Positions 25,564-31,172 of a DNA stretch of 31,172 nucleotides are shown in pieces. The DNA is from a virus. Its lineage: Duplodnaviria > Heunggongvirae > Uroviricota > Caudoviricetes. The translations under genes and the position numbers were made by a program. Location: the IMG/VR virus record IMGVR_UViG_3300027365_000008. One strand, given 5' to 3'. Positions within the stretch are counted from its first letter, which is position 1, and each line of letters begins with the position of its first letter. Below the pieces are notes generated by a model, which was given only the letters and a program-made list of their open reading frames with translations, searched no databases and had not been told where the DNA came from.

Positions 25564-25791
25564 ATGATGCCTTCAAAGCGTAAACATCAAACGGATAGTG
25601 ATTTCCTTTCTTCTATGAACTATTTAGACAAGAAGTTAGATGCGCTGATTGAGATGGTGGATCAGTATAAGGCGAGAGTCGATAAGTTCGAATCGAAACT
25701 CGATCATATAAAACAAGTCTGCCCCGAGGAAAGCCCCGAGGCAGAAGACGATGAGGATGAATTTCCGGTTAAACGATGTCGATCCTGCTGA
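25564..25791 (+). CDS. Hypothetical 75-aa protein (coiled coil, acidic patch, CxxC)
   Basis: Late-promoter variant CATAAATA at 25535-25542. Its 3' end overlaps gp46 convergently by 23 nt. Confidence 0.5.
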   Translation: MMPSKRKHQTDSDFLSSMNYLDKKLDALIEMVDQYKARVDKFESKLDHIKQVCPEESPEAEDDEDEFPVKRCRSC

Positions 25792-28700
25792 AACCATTCT
25801 CCTTCGTTACGATCATCTTTGAATCCATGAACCCTTCAAACTCTTCACGGTGGCTGATCATCAGCAGGTTATCGGCGCGACCCCCGATGAACTTGATCAT
25901 GTCGTGGCACCCACTGGTGTCCAACGCACTATCGAACATCTCGTCAACCATGAGAAGATTGCAATTCCGCCCGAGAAGACCCATCAGGTCGCGGAATGCC
26001 ATGGTCGTCGCCGTGTTGAGACGCATCCGCTCACCCTGACTCATGAGGTGATAGGAAACTGCTTTCTGCATGTAGAACAGGTCAACTGTCATATCAGAGT
26101 TAATTTCAACCACATGACCCAGACCCAAACGGCTTGCATATTCGTTGATCTTCTTATTCAGGAACGGCACATACTGATCAACGATGTTACGACGAATGAA
26201 CGACTTGGAATCATTCAGTAGCTTAACGAGATAGTCGATATGTTTCAGACGCTTTTCGAGATCGGTTTTGGCACTGTTCAATTCTGAAACATCAACATAC
26301 CCTTCCCTTGCTGATTCGATCTCTTCCAGCCACGGGTTCACTTTCCCCTTGAGTTCATCAAGGCGGTCTTTAGCGCGTGTCACATCACCCATGAAGTCCT
26401 TGAGGACATTGATATCACTGGTGCCGTACTTGTCCTCACACTCGCTTACGAGTTGCTTACGCCGGGTATGAAACTCACCAATAGCCTTGGTCACTGATTC
26501 GAGTTCAGACTTGAGTGTTTTCCGTTCTGTATCGAGTTCGGCGATATTGACGGTGATAGACTCCAATGTCCCATAGGTTTGGGTCATTTCGATAACTTGC
26601 TCATGGTACGGATTGTCTTCACCGGACACACGATCAATGCGTTCAAGAAGGTTCTCTCGGGCACGGAGTTCCTTTTCCGGGTCACCATCATCAATATGCG
26701 CGTCCAGATTCTCGATCTCATCTTCGAGACGGGCACGTTTCTCATTGAGAACAGTCAATTCGGAATCGAGTTCATCGATGCGCTGTGTGATTTCTTCCGC
26801 CTTGGTCCTACGCTCTTCGATCATCTTTTTCAGCTTAGGACCATGGTCCTCAGTGCCACAGGTAGGGCACACGCCACCTTCCAGCTTCTCGATTTCATCG
26901 ATTAGTTTAGAACCAGAATCTTCAAGCCTGTCCAGTTCAGAATCAGACTTTTCAATCAGACTCACTACACGATCAAGTTGCTTCCGTTTAGCAGAGGCTT
27001 CTTCACGACGAGCGATCTGATTTTTGTAGTAAGTACAGTCATGGTACCGATCAAGTTCATCTTCCAATTCCGTCAGACGCGATTTCTTAGAATCAGAAAA
27101 TCCGTCATCCTTGCGAGTAATACCAACAAGTTGGTCCGCAATCTTGGTCTTTGTTGCTACCTCACCGTCAATGGTCTTGATACGAGTTTCAATAGAATCC
27201 TTTTTAGCATTGAGATCATCGATATCCCGTGCGTCTGGAATCGAAGCAATCCTATTCATGGCTTCATCGAAGTCAAGTCCAGAGGCAAGGTCTAGGGTTT
27301 CCAGACATTCCTCCTGCTCCTTCTTGATATCCCTATCAAACCTCGATGCATTGCCTTGAAGACGCTCGATGGTCGAATTGACCAGTGTATTGGTCGATTC
27401 GGCGTTCTCAATGTCCTTCTGAATCAGCTTCAGATCAACCTTGACCTGATCCTTTGCAATCTTCTTTAGGGATTCTGAACGCTTCACAAGCGTATCCAGA
27501 TCAAGCACATCCTCGATGAACTTGCGCTGATTCGGTCCACTCATGGCCATGAACGATTCACGATGGGGACTCAGGAAGAATACTCCCATGAACACGTCAT
27601 AAGACACACCCAGAATCTCTTCCAGTGTCTTATCGGTGTTCGCCATGGAGTCCTGTGTCAAATCAACCTCACCTTCAGTTTCAAGGAGATGAAGTGACAG
27701 CGATGACGGCTTACGGCGGCGAACCACACGATACCTTACGTTATTGGCACGAAAGACCACCTCAACCAACAATTTCTTCTCGTTTTTGAGGTTGATGAAC
27801 TCATCAGCCTTGATCTTTCCATCGATGCCTTTGCCATACAGTCCAAACATAACAGCCTGTTGTATAGTTGTGTTATGCGTTACAGTAAAGTCACCAAGGC
27901 AGAAAAGTCGATCTCCATCAATCTCAAAGCCATAATAGTCACCTTCTCCCAAAGATTCCAATTGGATTCCAGTGACGCCATGGTTACGCGGCTTCGCTGT
28001 GTCAGGCTTCTTTGAAGCCTTTTTCCTAGAAAGTCGATTAGGAATCTTTTCTATTTCACCAGTTATCGTGATTCGTTTGTACACATCACCATCAAAATTC
28101 TGGCATTTACAAAACTTATCATTCACCGATACGCGCAACCCGACACTTCTTGCTAAGAAAACAAGATCATCGACAAGTTTATTATCTTTAAGAATGATAT
28201 CGAATAAATGCCGATCTCCGGGGTAATATCCATCACCATCAAGAATCCCAGCAAGGAGATCAAGCCGGTTTTGATAAGAAGACCTTAGATACTCTTCTGG
28301 AATATGTTTATTATTCAGAACACCGAGTTCTCGAAGTTTAGTTAGGAATCCACCTGAATAGTTGACAATCTTACATCCCGGTCTGTAACCAGACGGATAT
28401 AAACTGATTTTGTATCCGTAATTAGAAACGATTCTTTCAACTTCATCGTAAATTTCAACATCATCGTTATTGATAGTTATTTGCGATTTTGATGAAGTAC
28501 CATCAGCAAGCCAAATACCAAGCAGCCAAGGGTCGAACAAATCATCATGCCCGTCATCGAGGTTTACCAAATCTGCAACATATCCACATACACCACGCTG
28601 TACATGACGGGGGTACGAAAGATATGTTTCAACAGGAATGTTGATAACGTCCCCTTTGAAATGCCCATACGTTGGACGTGTTGTTCCTACCTTCAAGGAG

Positions 28701-29053
28701 AGAATGTGTGAGCGGTTTACGATGTAATCATCGCCTAAATTCTGTTTCACTCGAAACAGTTCTTCTCTTCCAGAAGCTACAGACAGAACATTACGTTTAG
28801 TTCCATCTGGACCCATCAAAACATCACCAACCTTAATGTCTTGAACCATCTTTATGGTTCCGTCATACATCAAAATAGGCGTATCTCTTCCCAGACACTT
28901 ACCTGCGCCGTTGCGACTCTCTCCCGGCGATCCGATGTCACGATTATCACCGACAATAAGACAATTCTGTTGAACATCCATCAACACCGAGGTCGGTTTC
29001 TTGCCGAAGGACATAAAGTTGGACATGGCTACGGTTTCAATGACGATGTTCAT
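25769..29053 (-). CDS. gp46: Recombination ATPase gp46/SbcC/Rad50 containing an intein
   Basis: SNFMSFG, NGAGK/TT Walker A, CPTC zinc hook, MSQGE signature, LLMVDE, SALD and ISH. Confidence 0.93.
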   Translation of the reverse strand: MNIVIETVAMSNFMSFGKKPTSVLMDVQQNCLIVGDNRDIGSPGESRNGAGKCLGRDTPILMYDGTIKMVQDIKVGDVLMGPDGTKRNVLSVASGREELFRVKQNLGDDYIVNRSHILSLKVGTTRPTYGHFKGDVINIPVETYLSYPRHVQRGVCGYVADLVNLDDGHDDLFDPWLLGIWLADGTSSKSQITINNDDVEIYDEVERIVSNYGYKISLYPSGYRPGCKIVNYSGGFLTKLRELGVLNNKHIPEEYLRSSYQNRLDLLAGILDGDGYYPGDRHLFDIILKDNKLVDDLVFLARSVGLRVSVNDKFCKCQNFDGDVYKRITITGEIEKIPNRLSRKKASKKPDTAKPRNHGVTGIQLESLGEGDYYGFEIDGDRLFCLGDFTVTHNTTIQQAVMFGLYGKGIDGKIKADEFINLKNEKKLLVEVVFRANNVRYRVVRRRKPSSLSLHLLETEGEVDLTQDSMANTDKTLEEILGVSYDVFMGVFFLSPHRESFMAMSGPNQRKFIEDVLDLDTLVKRSESLKKIAKDQVKVDLKLIQKDIENAESTNTLVNSTIERLQGNASRFDRDIKKEQEECLETLDLASGLDFDEAMNRIASIPDARDIDDLNAKKDSIETRIKTIDGEVATKTKIADQLVGITRKDDGFSDSKKSRLTELEDELDRYHDCTYYKNQIARREEASAKRKQLDRVVSLIEKSDSELDRLEDSGSKLIDEIEKLEGGVCPTCGTEDHGPKLKKMIEERRTKAEEITQRIDELDSELTVLNEKRARLEDEIENLDAHIDDGDPEKELRARENLLERIDRVSGEDNPYHEQVIEMTQTYGTLESITVNIAELDTERKTLKSELESVTKAIGEFHTRRKQLVSECEDKYGTSDINVLKDFMGDVTRAKDRLDELKGKVNPWLEEIESAREGYVDVSELNSAKTDLEKRLKHIDYLVKLLNDSKSFIRRNIVDQYVPFLNKKINEYASRLGLGHVVEINSDMTVDLFYMQKAVSYHLMSQGERMRLNTATTMAFRDLMGLLGRNCNLLMVDEMFDSALDTSGCHDMIKFIGGRADNLLMISHREEFEGFMDSKMIVTKENGFSRIDIV
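27872..28897 (-). mobile_element. Intein with LAGLIDADG homing endonuclease (342 aa) in the gp46 P-loop
   Basis: It starts CLGRDT after GAGK and ends FTVTHN before T. It contains LLGIWLADG and LLAGILDGDG, and its DNA looks AT-rich. Confidence 0.95.
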
Positions 29054-30084
29054 TATTCGTCCTCCTGCGCTTTAGCTTCACGATACAGTTCTTTCAATAG
29101 GGACTTATCCACCCCATCTACCTCGATACTACTGTCAAGAAACTTCAGAACGACTTCATCGATGTTCTGGACCTCGGACACTTCGCTGACATCAGCCTCT
29201 AGCAGTTCCCTGACCTTCTTGGCGGTGTACTTGATCTTGGATTCCTGAAAGTTCTTCTCCTTCAATAGATTCTGAACATCAGTGATAACCGTTTCATCTT
29301 CAAGATCATCAGGAAACTCGACCCGGATGCTAGTGTTCTCGGGATCATAGTCCTCGATGGTATCTATTTCGGTGTAAGGGATCGATACAACCCGGATACC
29401 GGTGTACTCAACAAACTCCAATTCGCCAGTCTCGGTGTCCAGAATGTAGACTCCATGGGCTTCGTTGGCTTCGTTCATGGTGATGGGATACGGGGTACCA
29501 ACGTAGGTGATGTTGTCCTTGGTCTGGCGCGAATGGTAATGCCCGGTCAGAACACGATTGTAACCACGAAGTTCACGGTGGGAGAAGCCGTGTTCCATGG
29601 TGTACTGATCGTTGACTTGGAAACCATTCAGTTCCAGATGCGAGAACAGGTAATCATACTCATCGCCCATATCCACGACACGATCCCACATCTCACCATC
29701 GGTGATCCATGGGATGACGATGCCCGTTCCATCCGGCGTTTCGGTTGGCGAATCGATGACGGTGACGAAGGATTGAATCGTCTTCAGGCTGTGAACGTCA
29801 AGACGATTCAGGTAGTAGAGGTCGTGGTTGCCAAGGAGAACCCAGACATTTTCCTTGCCGAAGGTGTCACCCAGTAGCTTTGCCCCCTGTATGGAGGCAT
29901 TGACGGTCGCTACGTCGAGTTTGTTGCGATGGTGGTACCAGTCCCCCAGTTGGATGCAGCGCTCGATGTGGCGGCTCTCTGCCAGTTCTCGCACCCATTT
30001 CAAAAAGTCCATGACCTGCCCATGAAATTTGGGCGAGTTGTTCTTCTCGCCCCAGTGCAGATCACCAATCAAAAGTTCCTTCAT
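29053..30084 (-). CDS. gp47: Recombination nuclease gp47/SbcD/Mre11
   Basis: GDLHWG, GDWYH, GNHD and GHYH phosphoesterase motifs, adjacent to gp46. Confidence 0.93.
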   Translation of the reverse strand: MKELLIGDLHWGEKNNSPKFHGQVMDFLKWVRELAESRHIERCIQLGDWYHHRNKLDVATVNASIQGAKLLGDTFGKENVWVLLGNHDLYYLNRLDVHSLKTIQSFVTVIDSPTETPDGTGIVIPWITDGEMWDRVVDMGDEYDYLFSHLELNGFQVNDQYTMEHGFSHRELRGYNRVLTGHYHSRQTKDNITYVGTPYPITMNEANEAHGVYILDTETGELEFVEYTGIRVVSIPYTEIDTIEDYDPENTSIRVEFPDDLEDETVITDVQNLLKEKNFQESKIKYTAKKVRELLEADVSEVSEVQNIDEVVLKFLDSSIEVDGVDKSLLKELYREAKAQEDE

Positions 30085-30719
30085 TCATCGTCTCCTAACG
30101 ATTGATCGTTGGTATCGGATGCTACCACGGTTTCGACGTATCGGTCATCGGGGATCAGGCTATCATCAACCCCATCATCACCCTCGCCATAGTCGTCCCA
30201 CACGGACATCCCATGCAGCGGACTCGAATTTACGTCAAAGTTATCCTCTTCGTCAACCACCATGTGCTGGCGTTCTTCCTCAGCCGCGATCATGTCGTTG
30301 TACCCGTAGGTGGTTTCCAATCCCATCGTGGATCGAATCTTATTCTGCACATTGCTGTACCCGTATTCCTTCTTGATGAATTGGAGGAACCCGTTGTGGA
30401 TGACGGTAGTAAAGAACGCGAACGGGTTGTTACACACACGATAATCATACTCGATAGTGGATCCATCCCATTCCGAATCGCCCTTGAGAGGGGCAAAGCG
30501 TTCAAAGCCACGGCAACAGGCCACTAGACCCACACTGATAAGATCGGATCGGATATGCTTGTAACGGACAAAATAACGATGGTGGGTATACTTCTCAGAA
30601 ATCAGATAGAACATCCTCCCCAGTTCATCTGACATCTTTCCATCCTGACGGCACTTGATAAGTTCTGCGAAGAAATCGGCGGGCTTGAGATAATGCTTAC
30701 GCTGTTCGTTTTGGCTCAT
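30081..30719 (-). CDS. gp55: Late transcription sigma factor gp55
   Basis: HYL---DF, DLIS-G---C-R--ERF and NPFAFFTT-IHNGFLQFIKKE. It sits next to gp47, and TATAAATA promoters occur in the window. Confidence 0.85.
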   Translation of the reverse strand: MSQNEQRKHYLKPADFFAELIKCRQDGKMSDELGRMFYLISEKYTHHRYFVRYKHIRSDLISVGLVACCRGFERFAPLKGDSEWDGSTIEYDYRVCNNPFAFFTTVIHNGFLQFIKKEYGYSNVQNKIRSTMGLETTYGYNDMIAAEEERQHMVVDEEDNFDVNSSPLHGMSVWDDYGEGDDGVDDSLIPDDRYVETVVASDTNDQSLGDDE

Positions 30720-30752
30720 GTTTGCTGTCTCCTGTGTTCGACTTTAAAAAGA

Positions 30753-30782
30753 ATTATACAGGCGCGTAGCAAACGATGTCAA
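30753..30782 (-). promoter_or_regulatory. sigma70 promoter for gp55-47-46
   Basis: TTGACA-N18-TATAAT, with perfect hexamers and a long spacer. Confidence 0.7.
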
Positions 30783-30833
30783 TAACTGTCAACGTCTAAT
30801 GGATCGTGGATATACGATTGATATCATCCAGAC

Positions 30834-30868
30834 AAAAAGAAGGCTCCAGTCCCGAAGGAGTGAAGCCT
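30834..30868 (-). terminator. Intrinsic terminator with UUCG loop
   Basis: AGGCTTCACTCC-TTCG-GGACTGGAGCCT followed by TCTTTTT. Confidence 0.75.
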
Positions 30869-30889
30869 CAATCCCAGTTAAGATGTGTA

Positions 30890-30897
30890 TATTTATA
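30890..30897 (-). promoter_or_regulatory. Late promoter TATAAATA
   Basis: Exact consensus about 22 nt upstream of the terminator hairpin. Confidence 0.55.
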
Positions 30898-31172
30898 CGC
30901 TCATCCATCACCCTCGTCAACACCCTATCGAAAATATTTTCAATGTGTCTTATGACTATGCTCTGACGATGGATCATGTGTCCTGAATATGGTGCCTTGA
31001 ATTGGCTGAATATGGGATTTGACATCAAGATATATCTATATTCATCCCCCCCCCCCCGAGCTTCGCTGCGCTCGCTCCCCAGCGGGGGCTTGTTAGATTT
31101 TATTAGTAGAAATGGGATTGGATTTTGCCCCAGCAAATAGAATTAGATCAATACTATGGCGATAGCCTAAGA

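Noticed and set aside
30789-31136. 115-aa minus-strand ORF
   Set aside because: It starts at a non-ATG codon without an RBS and runs through the C12 tract, a late promoter and a terminator.
1-31172. tRNA, rRNA or group I intron genes
   Set aside because: No cloverleaf with a T-loop GTTCRA or intron P7 core was recognised by eye. tRNAscan and cmscan were not run.

Overview
This is a segment of a large lytic T4-like (distant Tevenvirinae-type) myovirus genome. Almost all genes lie on the minus strand. From right to left it carries the gp55 late sigma factor, gp47/gp46 (Mre11/Rad50-like, with an intein in gp46), a RuvC-like resolvase, a Prim-Pol protein, a gp2-like end protector (plus strand) and a head module (portal, three unknown genes, protease gp21, scaffold gp22, major capsid gp23). 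These are followed by two tandem Hef-like endonucleases, RNase H, a Dda-like helicase with an intein, DNA ligase, a DnaQ-like exonuclease, a dimeric dUTPase, a displaced gp68, about 1.9 kb of non-coding DNA (1835-3755) and a run of small early-type genes. The most striking structure is the non-coding block. It contains a 249-bp tandem duplication that builds an array of leftward sigma70 promoters with 16-bp spacers, and three in-register boxA antitermination elements (CGCTCTTTAA[C/A]A), each preceded by a hairpin, which resembles an rRNA-operon leader. It has IHF- and Fur-like sites upstream and drives an ~850-nt ORF-free, hairpin-rich leader downstream. Other highlights are Hef-like nucleases apparently fused to a Mom-like GNAT domain, and two Gly/Ala-rich hydrophobic proteins in the slot normally held by gp67/gp68. 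Family assignments come from motif recognition and recall; no database searches were run.
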